Assembly (NCBI GenBank): GCA_028534125.1
Contig: CM052817.1
Coordinates: forward strand, 90,398,001 to 90,462,000
Source of the DNA: Lama glama
Lineage: Eukaryota
DNA: 64,000 nucleotides
Reading direction: 5' to 3'
Below, one piece after another: positions 1 to 12,199 of this stretch. The first letter of the stretch is position 1; the number at the start of each line of letters is the position of its first letter. The position numbers were made by a program, and so were the translations under genes. Below the pieces are notes generated by a model. It did not search any database. It was not told the origin of the DNA and worked only from the letters and a program-made list of their open reading frames with translations.

Positions 1-295
1 CTTCTCTAAGGTTGCAAGACTGCATTCCTGGCTCTGAAATAATTCCAGTAGGGGTGGCAGTAGACTGGAGTTCCAGGCAGAGGTGTGGAGGGTGGGTGTG
101 GCAGCAGTTTAGTGAGCAAGCCAGGTCTGCAGCATGGTTTGGGGCAATGTTCCTGGAAGCTGAGTCTTGAGCCTGTTTATTTAGTCACCTTAGCATTCTA
201 TGAGTTACCCATTGAAAAAATAAAAATAAATGCTTTTCCTCCTTCATCAGTAAGAGTCCACTTCTGTTGCTTTTAACAAGAATTTCTATGAATAG
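1..295 (+). mobile_element. Old MaLR (MLT1-type) LTR, 3' portion
   Basis: AATAAA followed by ...agagtccacttctgttgcttttaacaagaat..., resembling the MLT1 LTR 3' end; heavily decayed. Confidence 0.4.
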
Positions 296-409
296 CCTAA
301 CACAGAATTCTTTTAACAACTCCAAAGGGATCCAGTCTAGCTGGAATTGCATCGAGAGTGGGAGAGAAAGAATGGAGCAATTAAAATTTTAAATTATCAT
401 TTTCAAATG

Positions 410-590
410 CTAATCATTACCAGGCTCTGTGTTGAAGCTTGTCACACATCATCTCATTTAATCTCCACAATAGCTTAATGAGAACAATATTATCCCTATG
501 ATGTCAGAGAGGAAATAGGGACAGAGATTAATTAACTTGCCCAAGGTCTCAGTGCTACTGATTACCAGAGCCCTGTGACACTGTAGCTCT
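410..590 (-). mobile_element. MIR SINE
   Basis: catctcatttaatctccacaa...gaggaaatagggacagagattaattaacttgcccaaggtc is the reverse complement of the MIR core. Confidence 0.7.
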
Positions 591-2387
591 AGGTCACCAG
601 TATTCTTGCTTATGGCCACTCAGTTGTTTCATATTGCTGATACGTTTGAAGCAAGGAGGTAATGAATCAGCTCACCATTTGCACCAGCTATTGTCATCCA
701 CACAACTCTCTTTTTTCCAGATGGCTATAATAAATGTGAAAGTACTGGCTGACTCCCTGTCCTTTCTTGGCACTTTTCCCATGTTTATCTTCAGGTCCGG
801 GGTCCTTCGAGTGTAAGCCCTGTATCTGCACTTTAGCACATTAAACATCAACTTTCAACCCTACCTAGATGAAGAGGTTCATCTTCCCTAGATGTCAACA
901 TAAAGTCAGAGCCATCCTTGATCTTCTCTTGTCAGATCTAGGACCACTTAAAGAATACATTTTTATATGGGTTTGTTTTAGAAGGAATCCACCAACTTGA
1001 AACACAAAAGCTTCTCAAAATCCAAGTTGAAAAAATATTTTAAAATTCTCTGGAAATCGACAAGGCAGATCCCAATTCGAGGTGTAATTAACACTATTAA
1101 TCATTTATTATCTCTAAAAATATATGACTACAGAAGCAAAGTCCTTCAAGAGATTAAAAAAATAGATTTTAAAAATACAAACAACATTTAAAAAATTCAT
1201 ATCATTTATAGAATACCAACAGTCAAAAAAAATCTCTGCAAAGAAATCTAAACTATGTGTTTGTTTCCCCTACTCCCAAAAAGGTCCCCAATATCTTTGC
1301 AAGGGACTACCGAAGAGGGGCACTTAAAGTCCAAATAAAACATTAAGTAAACAACAGAAAATACATGTGGAAAATATTTGACTGAATAGATATATAACCA
1401 GCACCCATCTCTAAGGATTTCTCTTGCAGGTTACTTAATTGACCTCAATCCTTCACAGACACAGTGTCCATCATGACATCATACAGACCATTTTCCTAAA
1501 TAATGTAAGTTAGACACCCAAGCAGAAAACTTTCCTTCGGTGCTAAGTCTCCCTTTCTGGAGACTTCTCTTCCCAGTTTGTCTTCTGTCTCCCTCTGTGA
1601 CCTCAGAACCTATCAATCTGCGCCCACTTCATTGGCCACTCCTGTTGTTTCCTATGAGGCTGACTTGATTTTATTACATGTTTTTCACTTTTGTTTTTAT
1701 TTCTACATTATATCTGTGCTTAGCACCATTTCCCTACCTGTGTATATGGGGATGGTTCTAATTCCCCATTTTTGTCTCTCTGCATATTTTGATCAGTTCC
1801 TGGGAAGTCTTTTCATAGTATCAACTCCAAGCTCCAAAAGAGTAGGGACTTACGGGATTTTTGATCATCACTTTGTCCCCAGTAACTAGATCACCTACTA
1901 CCGTCATTATCCTTAGGTACTGGTTCTTCCTACTTAGCAGAGGGTAGTTAAGCTATAATCTGCTTTCACAGATTTTGGAAACAAACAGATGAGCTAGCAT
2001 GAGCTCTAACTTCCTGATCTGCAAACTGAGAACAAAAGTAATCCTGCTGCTTCATATGATAGTTTAAAGAAGCGATCTCTAGTATACGTGATAATGTTTT
2101 GTAAAATACAAACATTCGTATCATTAGTTCTTTATTCATATAACTTTTGTGTAAAATACTTTTCATTAGTTCCTATTTCTTCTGCCTTGGTGTATGAATT
2201 CACTTTGATTTCTTTCTGTCAACAGTTTTTCTTCTTTTCCTACATTACTGTAAGCTTTTTTAAAATGGTATTTGTGGAAATTAAAGGTGAAAGAAATTCT
2301 AAAAACAAGAAAACAAGGTTTTTATTTGCTAATAGAAATTTGTCCATTGGAGTACTTATTTCTTAGTGATCAAAACCATGACTCCTG

Positions 2388-2612
2388 GTTGAGGAAAGGG
2401 ATAAATTAGGAGTTTGGGATTGGTGGATACAAACTACTGTACATAAAATAGATGAACAGCAGGGTCCTCCTGCTTAGCACAGGGAACTATTGTCAATATC
2501 TGGTAATAACATATAATGAGAAAGAATATATATGTACAACTGAGTCACTATGCTGTACATCAGAAATGAACACAACATTGTAAATCAACTATACTTCAAT
2601 TAAAAAAAAAAA
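2388..2612 (+). mobile_element. 5'-truncated L1 3' end (cetartiodactyl type)
   Basis: gggataaattaggagtttggg...agcacagggaactat...gtaaatcaactatacttcaatt plus an A-tail; TSD ~aaccatgactcctg (2374-2387) / aaacacgactcctg (2610-2623). Confidence 0.9.
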
Positions 2613-3163
2613 CACGACTCCTGTCATTGCTATACCAAGGACGGTCTTCAAGGATAGGCCACTGAGGTTTTATATAGTTTTGATCTCAGTTAATTCAAGC
2701 TTTGAAAACATGCAATGTAGGAAAACTGTATTCAAATTTGAACTAAGTAATATTTTATTAATATGTTGGAAATGTATTTCCTTCTCCTTCCATGTCTAAT
2801 TAACTAGAACCTTTCATTTAAATAAAGATAAACCATGTTTGGTTCTTGGTACTTAAATTCCTGCAAAAATAATTCCTCTGCCAGCTTTTCAGAAATACAA
2901 GTCTGTACCTGATGTTATTCTTTTACTTAATCATGCCAAGAAAAGACAGGATTGTACCATTTATTCATTTTAACATTAATTTAATTTTTCTGTTAAAAGA
3001 TGATTCCTTTATAGTGTAAAAGGGAAAATGAGAACTAAATTGGAATCGCTCTCATCCTTTTCCAGTCCCAAAAGGAAAAATGTCCCTGTAATCATTTATG
3101 TTCTAAAAGAGCACCAATTTTGAATACCAGAAAACCTTTAAAGAATAAATTAAGCAAGGGTGC

Positions 3164-3635
3164 TGTTATGAGTTAAATTGTGTCCTCCTAAAAATTCATA
3201 TTTTGATGTCCTAACCCCCATACTTCAGAATTCGACCATATTTAGAGACAGAGCTTTTAAAGAGATAATTAAATGAAAGTGAAATTGTTATGGTGGGCTC
3301 TAATCCAACATGACCCGTGTCCTTATAAGCAGAGGAAGCTGGACACAGATACAGAGAGAAGAGTATGTGAAGACACAGGGAGAAATTGTCCATCTACAAG
3401 CCAAGAAGAGAGGCCTGGAACAGACCCTTCCCTCACACCCCTCAGAAGAAACCAACCTCGATCTCAGATGTCTAGCCTCCAGAGCTGGGAGAAAATAAAG
3501 TTCCTTTGTTTTAATCATTATTGTTAAAATGATCTGTCAAAGTCCTCTTAGTATCCTGCTGTAGCAGGTGCTAGTAATTCTCTATCCGGCCGCCTGTCTG
3601 TGGATTTGTTACGGCAGCCCCGGCAGGCTAATACG
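3164..3635 (+). mobile_element. MLT1B-like MaLR solo LTR carrying a ~65-bp internal insertion
   Basis: Starts tgttatgagttaaattgtgtcc; contains ctaatccaacatgacc..gtccttataag and gccaagaagagaggcc; ends ttgttacggcagccc..ctaatac. Confidence 0.85.
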
Positions 3636-4069
3636 GAGGCTAAGCAGAAAATAGGGGGAAATTACCTCCTAGCCCTAAGAACAGGTCTGCTTTCGCTACA
3701 GCATAAACTAATGACTAAACTCTTTTTATATGCTTCATACTCTAGAATCTTTAAAATAAATGCCTTTTTAAAATTCAGTAACATTGTCTGAAACAATAAA
3801 TGATGTTTTCTTTTTAATTACACAATTCAGCTACCTGTTCATAATAAATGGAGATATACCATTTAATATGTTAGTGAGAGGGGATAAAATTATATTATCC
3901 ACCTTCTTCATCATTGCTTCAAGTCTGAATAAACCAAAAACCATATCTTATCACTATTCTAAAATATTACAACATTAAGTATAACATAAAAATTGATTAA
4001 GAAATCAGGTAACCCATAATCCACGTCAACTAATAAAATAAAATGGTCGAAGTGCTGCGAGTATCCTCC

Positions 4070-4400
4070 TGCAGTAGGTGCTAGCAATGCCCTATCCAGA
4101 TCCCACTCACAGAACAGGTGCAAGATCATCCCTCAGTTGCTATGAATGATGACCGTTGACAGTTCATGGATCTCTCCTCCTACAGAGAATTGCCCATGGC
4201 CAACTGGGAGCTACCTTTCCCAGAAGGTTAAGACTCCATGGAGGATGGAGGCAACCAGTAGCCAATAACAGATCTACCTAGGATACCTCAACATGGGACC
4301 AACTCCATGGTGCAATTCATACTTTAGATCCTCCAGGGGACCAGTTTGAAGCATGCCTCCAGCAGAAACCTTGTGCTGGTGCCCCCTTCACCATCTTTAT
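4070..4400 (+). mobile_element. ERVL 5' LTR (LTR16-like), 3' part deleted
   Basis: tgcagtaggtgct..gccctatccagatccc..ggtgcaattcat..gatcctccagggg..; homologous to the LTR at 9306-9721. Confidence 0.7.
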
Positions 4401-6328
4401 TTCTTTGCATTGGGTGAACTGAGACAGCATCTAAGTGGAAGGGCATGGACTAGCTGGTGCAATGGTATGAGGGGTACAGGAACTGTCAGTACTGGGGAGT
4501 TAGGTGGCTATGGCAAAGTGCTCTGTCATATATTGGGAAGAGAAAATGAGAGGCTCACATTTAATAATAAAAACGTTTCAATCAAAGTATGAGTCAGAGC
4601 TTTCTTGGCAGCATTTAAAATGCCAACAATTCACTGTAGCTGAAGGGCAGTAGAGCTGAAATTCTGGCATGAGTCTTAATTGTAAGAGAGGCAGAAGTTG
4701 AAAGAAAAATGCATTCTTGGCTTAGCCAAGTATTCCATGACAAAGCCACAGCCCTACTAGACAAGAAGCGGGAACCCTAAGACTTTGGGTGGATGCACCT
4801 GGGATAGATCCCCTCGAGTTCCTGAACTTCCAGATTCCCCTGAACCCTGTGTGATGACAGACGGAGCCCACGTTCCTTTGAAGATAGCGGAAACCCTTTA
4901 CTTAAAGCCCATGCAGAGTTCCCATACATGACCCTGTAAGACAATGCCTGTTCCCCTTAGGATCTACCTCCACCTCCATTCTTGGCCCCCTGCATCCACA
5001 AGTAGGGTCAAATTTCAGCAAAATCTGACCAACAGTGTTCTAAGTCTACCAAGAGAGGATAGCGGTTACATATCAAAGGCACTGCAGAATCTAGCTAACA
5101 TGTAATAGCAGGAAACAAGAATACTCCTGGGAGTGAATCCCGAGAGTGCTGGATCAATAGAGGTAGGATATCAAACTAGATAGGAGAGAATTTGTCAGTA
5201 TAGGAGACACACTCCCATGACACAAGATTGAACATCCCTGAGAAGATGGGCTAAATACATGGCTTGGTATAGCTTTTAGATGCTTACAAAAGGTGATGGC
5301 TCAAATTAAATAAAGGAGAGATGCCAGCACTGCCAATTGAGACCATGGAGGAAGAGATAAAAAACTTAGAGTGGTGGGCATTCTAGAATGGTTCTACTAT
5401 TTAAGTATTAAGAAAACAATAATTGACTGCACTTTTTGGAAGAGCCTGGAACACACTCCATTTACCACAGCAGTGAGAAAAGCAGATTGCAAAGGGGCAC
5501 TTGCATCACTGAGAAGCTCACCAACAGTTGTTCTCTGAAGGCTGGGACTGATGGGAAGAGACGCTAACAAAGAACAAGGCTTCCCAGTAGCAGTGAGACC
5601 ACAGTACCCCAAACAGCAGTGGATATCATTATTGGAATGAGCATCAAGGTCAGAACACAGTTTTAAAAAGATCAATCTGTAGGGATCTACTGTCATGGAG
5701 AGTAGAACATATTTCCTAGGGGCAAGTTAGATGGGTGGCCATAAGGATATTTCTTAACATACATAATCAAAAAAATCAGGTATAGACGAAAAGGCTGAGG
5801 TCAGCTATAGAAATGGAAAATCATGATCCTTTCCCCTAGTTTCCAAACCTAAGCCAGTCCTCAAACTCAGAGCCCACTAACTGAAAGAGTGACCAAGTCC
5901 CCATTCAGAAGGACTATGAAACACCATGCTAATTACTTACTGTGGTAATTTTCCCAGTCCTTTTCCCTTGAGGGACCTACAGTCACGTACTTAGGTAACT
6001 ATACATTGAGAAGAGGACTGTTCAGGTCTTTCTAGGGCTGTTGAATAGAGATGGATCTGACCCCAGTATCTGGGATGCCAAAGTGCCCTCCTGGCTCCTC
6101 TGTTAAAGTGAGAGTATATGGGGTCAGGCAATAAGTGGAGTCCCAGCTTAGGCTTGGATCCATCTCATGGTAGGTCCACTGGGTATACAGACCCAAGCAG
6201 TAGTAATTTCCAAGGTTCTCAAATGTATGATTGAAATGAACAGACTTACAGTTAGTAAAACCCTCCTATAGGTTCCTTGACCTATAAAGTAAGAGCTATT
6301 GTACTGGAGAGGTGAAGTGGAAGCTCTA

Positions 6329-7308
6329 TGCATTAGTTATCCATGCTGCATTAAAAGAGATTACCACAGAGACTTAATGTCAAAGGTCCAGGTGGGCTCA
6401 ACTGTAATCTTTGCTGAGAGTCTCAAAAGGCTGAACTGTTCTCTTATCAGAAGGCTCTGAAGGATCCGCTTCCAGGCTCATTAGAGTTTGGGAGACAGTT
6501 CATCTTCCTTCAACTGTAGCACTGACGGTCTTGTTTTCTTGATGGAAGTCAGCTCCTAGAGGCTACCATCTTGTCCTTGCCCTGTGCCCCTTCTATCTCA
6601 GCCATGGAGAGCCTCCCTCAGTTCAGTCGCTCTTACGGGAATTTCTCTGACTTCTTTTGCCACAAGTTGGCAAAAACACTGCTTTAAAGGGCTCATATAA
6701 TTTGATTAGGACCACCCAGATAATCTCTCTTTCACCGTGTCATGTAGCCCCATCATGGAAGTAATGTATGGGGCCAAAGATCTTGCAGACTGGATCAGTT
6801 TCCTACTGCTCTGCCAACAAACACAAAATGGCTTAAATGATACAGATTTATTGTCTTATGGTTCTGGAGGTCAAAATCTCAAATGGGTCTCACTGGGTTT
6901 AAATCAAAGTGTTGGCAGGGCTGAATTACTTCTGGAGACCCTAGGGGGGAATCTGTTTTTATTGCCTTTTCTAGCTTCTAGAGTCAGTCCTAATTCCTTA
7001 GCTCACTGTCCCTTCAAAACCAGCAATATCAAACTCAATCTTTCTTACATTGCCATCTCTCTGGTTCCTTTTGCCGCCCTCTTTTCCTTTGAAGAACTTT
7101 TTGATTACATCAGGCCCAGCCAGACAATCCGTGTTATCCTCTCTATTTTAAGGTAAGCATTAGCATTCATAATTCCATCTGCAACATCAATTACCCTTTG
7201 CCATGTAACCTAACACATTTACAGGTTCTGGGGATCAGGGCATTGACATTTTTAGGGGCCCATTATTCCATCCACCACAGAGGCCATCACAAAATTCTGC
7301 CTACCACA
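6329..7308 (-). mobile_element. MLT1E-like LTR inserted in ERVL pol, itself interrupted by an MLT1D-like LTR
   Basis: tgcattagttatc...tccgcttccaggctcatt...ttaaagggctca...cccagataatctc; resumes at 7280 as gaggccatcacaaaattctgcctaccaca. Confidence 0.7.
6791..7279 (-). mobile_element. MLT1D-like MaLR LTR (nested)
   Basis: tggatcagtttcc...ggttctggaggtc...ggcagggctg...ccttttctagcttctagag...gccatgtaacctaacac..caggttctggggatcagg...accaca. Confidence 0.85.
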
Positions 7309-9305
7309 CCCTGAAACAGCACCCACTAGCCTAGATAATAAATTAAAAAACAATTGCAGTTGGTGAGGAATGATAGAAACAAGTGCCATCTCCAATGGCA
7401 CAAGGATGCAGAGGGATCATATTCCTTTTTAAGTCATCAGTTTGGCCCCTGGGAAAACTAGGTAAAATGTGGTCAATGAAAGTAGACTACTGTAAACCTA
7501 ACCAAGATTAATCCCAGTTATCACTGCTGTTTCAGCTGTGATCATTTCACTAGAGCAGCTCCTGGTACAAGGTGTACAGTCATTACACAAAATAACCAAA
7601 GCTGTTATTCAAAATGGTGTCAGATGGCGTTTGTCCTCAGTACTTGTGTAATAGACTCATAGACAAAGTAGGAATGTTACAGAGGTGGAGGCTCTACATG
7701 AGGCCAATTGCACGGACTCTCAACAAGAGAGATCTAGGTACTGTCACTGAGGAGTGTTTGACAATCCAACAACAGAGGCAAAACCTGAACCCTAAAGGAG
7801 GACGGTCCCTTGAGAAGGTTAGCCAGCTACTTGGTGCAAAATGACAATACTGGACTCTCTCCACATTGACAGGGACAACCTTTCATTCTGATGGAACTGA
7901 TGGGTTTATCTTTCCTGCTCACAAAACCTTAGGCCCTATCACTATCAGAGGACTTGGGGAGAGACTGGCTTATCATAACAGGAGTCCATCTAACATTGCC
8001 TCAAAGCAAGGGACCTACTTTACAGCAAAGGAGGTGTGTTGTGACCATGCTGCCCAATGTTTCTACCATATACCACACTATCCAGAAGCTGATGACTCGA
8101 CAGAGGATTAGTCTCTTGGGAGCACAGCTGGGGCACTAGTTTAGAGAGGACACCCTGAAAAGATGGGAGTCCTACTTCAGGATGAGGCATAAACCCTAAA
8201 CCAAGAAACATTATATGATTCAATGTTATCAATAGGTTGATGTCAGAAAGGAAAGGTCTGGGAAACAAAGAGTAGAAATAGTTGTGGTAACCTCACAGTG
8301 ACCAACTTGAGAAATTTATGCCTTTTGTCCCTAAAGCTTTACGTTCTGACATCCTGGAGGAACTATCTCCCAGAAGAGGGAGGTTTCTGCCAGGGGACAC
8401 AGTATGAGTCCCACTAAACTTAAAGAAAGAGCTATTGCCTGGCCATTTTGAGTTCCTCGTGTAAGTGGATCAACAGAAACAGAAAGGAACTGCCATACTG
8501 GCAGGGCCAACTGACCCTCATCTTCGTGATGATGTAAGACTGCTGCTACAAACTGGAGGACAAGAACAAATATGTTTGGTACTCGGATAGTCTGTGGAAG
8601 CATGGTACTCCTATATCCAATTTTAATTGTAAATGCACAAGTGCAGCCACAGACCAATAAGAGCCTCATAACCAATGACCTATCAGAAAGTTACTCCACC
8701 AGGCAAGCCATCTAGATAAACAGAAATGCTAGCCAAAGGAGAGAGGGAATATAGAGTAGGTGGTGGAGGAGAGAAGAGTAGTTACCTCCTCAGGAACAAA
8801 CAACTAGGGTTGTGGTCCATCCCACAAACCATCCTCTTATATATGTTTCCTAGAAACTCTGGCCAACCAGAAACTTTTTTTTTTTTTTTTTGGGATTCAA
8901 GGTGGCTGATATTTACTTAGGTGTATATAGTTCACATAGATAAGTAGAACTTTTTTAAAAAAGGTATTGGAATTCTTTTAATTGAATGACTTTTAAAGTT
9001 GAGCTTCCATTACAAAAAGTAGGTAAAAACACAGAGGATTTTAGAACTTAGAATAAATCCCTGGACATTATAGAGTTTAGAAGGAGTGGAATAACTGTTC
9101 ATTGAATATCTACTGTGTCCCAATCATCACAAGACTGCTAACTGCAAATAAAGGATCTCATTAAATCTTTCCAACATCTCCCAACGAAAGTAATGATCAC
9201 AGCGACCATTTTATAGTCATTGCCACTGTCACTAAATAAGCTGTGCCTGAATGTAGAAAACTAAACGTAAGAAGCAAGAGGACCTGAGTGGTGCAAGTGG
9301 TAGAC

Positions 9306-9721
9306 ACTAAGAGATGCTCTTGGTGCCCCATCCAGATCCCCTTTTCCAGACCAGGAATTCATCCCTCAATTACCTGCTATGAGTATCACCATCAGAGTCA
9401 TAGCTACCCATTCTCTGGAGAACTGTTCCTGCGAAAAAGCAGCAAGTTCCCCATCAACAATCCTTGGCCAATGACTGACGTGGATATGAGGCCTCCAGGA
9501 GGGACCAGTGTGGTGCTGTCCTATGACATACAATTTGTGCTCCAGCACTCCTATGGCACCAGGCTTAACCTACTTTCAGCAGAGACCAGAGTCTCTGCTT
9601 TCTTCTTCCCGCCCTGTCCTGCTTACCTCACCTTCCCTGCACTGAGAGCATTTTCTTAATAAATCACTTTCATAAAAATTCCCATCTCAACCTCTGTTTC
9701 TAGGAAACCCAACCCAAGACA
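9306..9721 (+). mobile_element. ERVL 3' LTR (LTR16-like)
   Basis: gatgctcttggtgccccatccagatccc at the start; AATAAA then the LTR16-type end ctctgtttctaggaaacccaacccaagaca; preceded by the PPT. Confidence 0.8.
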
Positions 9722-9724
9722 CTC

Positions 9725-11200
9725 TCCCTGATCATATTCCTTTCCTACATCTACCAGAGATAAATAATCTTAGAAAGGTATTAGTTATATGCTCATCTGT
9801 GTTTACTATATATGCATGTATGTCTAAATAATATACAATATTGTTTGAATATTTATTCAATTTATAGAAATTGTATTAACTTATTTGTACCTTTCAGAAA
9901 TTTGTTTTTTTCAGAGTTTCTGAGAATTATAACATTTATAAATAGATGCTAGATACAGATATTTATTAGTCTTAATTTAATCATTCCACAGCATTCCTTA
10001 ACTATGGTATTTCAAGGATTTTTACAATTTCTTAACTATAAAAAATGCAGCTCTCAGCATTCTTGTGTCTGAAAATATTTATCTAAATTTGACTCTTCCC
10101 AGGAGAGAAATTGCCTGGGAAAAGTGTATATGCATTTTTAACCTAATTGCCAATTTTTTTTTTAAAGTAGTGTAGTTGAAGCAATTTAGAGTATCACAAG
10201 GGGAGTTAATGCGTTCACAATAGTCTACATTCTTACCAATACTGGTATTCTAATATTTTAATATTTCCTGATTTCTCAAGTGTATGACAGTATCACTGAG
10301 GTTTCAAGCTTCATTTATCTGATTACTCATCAGGTAGAGCATTGTTTCATTTCTTTATAATAATTCAGATTTCCTCTTTTAGGAAATGTCTGTATATATA
10401 TTTGAGTATTCTGTAGAACTGCCCTTTTCTTATTGATTTGTGGGAAATCTTTATAAATTCTCAATACTAGTATTTGTGAAAATTTTCTCCAGTCTGAAGG
10501 CTGTCTTTTCATCTTGTACTGTTATTTGTTGATGAACACAGTTTTAAAATTTTAGTTTAACTGAATTTATCAATCTCTTTTTGAAGTTTTCTTTTTTAAG
10601 AAAAGTTTCCCTACCCTAAAATCAGGAAGATATTGTCCTAAATTTCCTTCTAATTTTTATAATTCTCACTTTCAAATTTGTATCTTTAAATGTTTAGAAT
10701 AGATTTTTGCTATGAGTTTATCAGTTGTCCCAGTATCATTTATTGAACTGTCTTTTCTCTTATCCAGATCATCAGTGGCAGCCCTGTCATTTATTACCAA
10801 TCTATAACTATATGGGCCTATTTTTTTGTTTTCTCTTTCATTCCATGAGTCCCCTTCTGTATCTGTAAACCAGCCACACTGTCCTAATTATTACGTCTTC
10901 GGTTTTTCTTGGTATTTGGTAGAACAGGTCTACCATCTGTTCTTTTTCTTGTCAAAATTATTCTGACTATAATATACCCTTCCATGATACTTAAAAAATA
11001 GACTTACTGAGTTCCATTAAAAATTCTTTGGGTTTTTGACTGAATATATAGAATAATTCAGTGAATTGACACCTTTGAGATACTGATTAACTGATTCTTC
11101 CCATACAATTAGATCTTTTACTCCTTTTACATCTTGACATTATTTTTAGTTTCTACTATTGTTTCATGATTTTTTCAATCCTTTATTTCTAATTTGTCTA
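9725..11200 (-). mobile_element. Old L1 (L1ME/L1MC-age) 3'UTR plus ORF2 end
   Basis: T-rich antisense L1 signatures; ORF 10330-10512 (MKRQPSDWRKF..RIYK) matches the ORF2 C-terminus. Confidence 0.7.
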
Positions 11201-11219
11201 AATTTGCTGCTATTTCAGT

Positions 11220-11740
11220 AGACTTTTTCAACCTTTATTTTAAATTATTTTATTAACTTACTATTTAACATATAATACAATTATGCAGTTCAAAAGTCTT
11301 TCTCTAATTTCTCTTCTTCAAAACATTTCAAAACATTTTCCCTTAAACAAGTGTCTAATGTTATAAAATTTTAAATATAGTAACGTTTCACGCTTATATA
11401 TGAAAACGTGCATATATTTTTTTCCTTTTTATATAAATGGAGTGTTTTAAATAAATGGGAGAGTACATAGAAATTTATGTAACTTATATGAATTGTTTGG
11501 GGGGGTAATTAGATTATTTGTTTATTTTTAACAGAGGTTCTGGGATTGAACCCAGGACCTCCTGTATGCTATGCATGCACTCTACCACTGAGCTATACCC
11601 TTCCCTCCCACTTGTATGTATTTTTTAAACATAATAAAATAAACAACTGTGCATAAGCATCAGCTTAAGAAACGGCACACTGCTAATCCCCTTGCATCCC
11701 TGTTATCACCCCCAATCACATATTCCATTTCGCCCCTTAA
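11220..11740 (-). mobile_element. Old L1 3'UTR fragment(s)
   Basis: Antisense L1ME-like 3' end (..catagaaa..aaataaacaactgtg..cagcttaagaaac..); interrupted by a SINE. Confidence 0.45.
11495..11609 (-). mobile_element. tRNA-Ala-derived SINE, Vic-1-like (camelid)
   Basis: Reverse complement reads gggtatagctcagtggtagagtgcatgc...gaggtcctgggttcaatcccag..acctc..taattacccc; TSD acttatatgaatt (11482-11494) / acttgtatgtatt (11610-11622). Confidence 0.85.
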
Positions 11741-11811
11741 TAGTACTTGAGGGATGTGCTTTCTAAAAGCACTACACGGAAGAAAATCCAGTTTTTCTCT
11801 CACCAAGGTCC

Positions 11812-11888
11812 ACAACAACAACAACATCATCATCATTTCTTCTCCTTCTCCTTCTTCCCCTTCTCCTCCTCCTTCCTCCTCCTCCTTC
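11812..11888. repeat. Compound microsatellite (CAA)n(CAT)n(TCC/TCT)n, probably the tail of the adjacent RTE LINE
   Basis: acaacaacaacaacatcatcatcat...tctccttctccttcttcccc...cctcctcc. Confidence 0.8.
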
Positions 11889-11889
11889 T

Positions 11890-12180
11890 TGGTTCATAGA
11901 TTCTTTTTTCTACAACAATGTATAGCTTTTCTCCAATAGGTTCCCTTGTCCTTCCCGCAGTCCTGGAGTGTGTGTTTCAGTGTCAGGCTCAGGTCTACAC
12001 TGAAGTGACTTGTGTGGACATCATCTAGAAGGATGCCCAGCAACACTGAGCACAACTTGGCAATGGTTGTGAATTGGCATTAACATAGTACTAACTCACC
12101 ACAGAGGTGCATGGAATGTCTCCTGGTAATGCCAGATCATCTACGGTCTTTCCAGGTCCCCAGACAGTACATTTGTAATT
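11890..12180 (-). mobile_element. Ancient RTE-clade LINE 3' end (MamRTE-like)
   Basis: Minus-strand translation with frameshifts: TNVLSGDL (from 12176), LALPG/HSMHLCGE, SR*CPHK, VD..DT, DKGTYWRKAI. Matches the RTE C-terminal pattern TN..LYG.LP..RLxLAGHC.RH.E..RGRP.K.YVD.L..DTG..DR..WR. Confidence 0.6.
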
Positions 12181-12199
12181 TCAATTAGGTTAAATTCTT

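Larger units (their letters stand above)
4400..9305 (+). mobile_element. Decayed ERVL internal region (gag-pro-pol-dUTPase remnants; ERV3-16A3-like)
   Basis: RT remnant ~7476 (MKVDYCKP.., cf. ERVL WRMTVDYRKLNQV). Integrase remnant in ORF 7866-8111 (IASKQGTYFTAKEV...YHIPHYPEA, cf. IASDQGTHFTAKEV..YHVPHHPEA). dUTPase-like ~8380-8460 (LPGDTV..PLNL..LLPGHF). PPT-like gagtggtgcaagtggtagac just before the 3' LTR. Confidence 0.85.

Noticed and set aside
676..724. 49-bp minus-strand exon candidate (ttatag| ... |gtgagc)
   Set aside because: The splice sites are plausible, but the peptides are unrecognisable and there is no partner exon. Such pairs are expected by chance.
9306..9721. Independent solo LTR
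   Set aside because: It is directly preceded by ERVL internal 3' sequence and a PPT (9238-9305), so it is the provirus 3' LTR.
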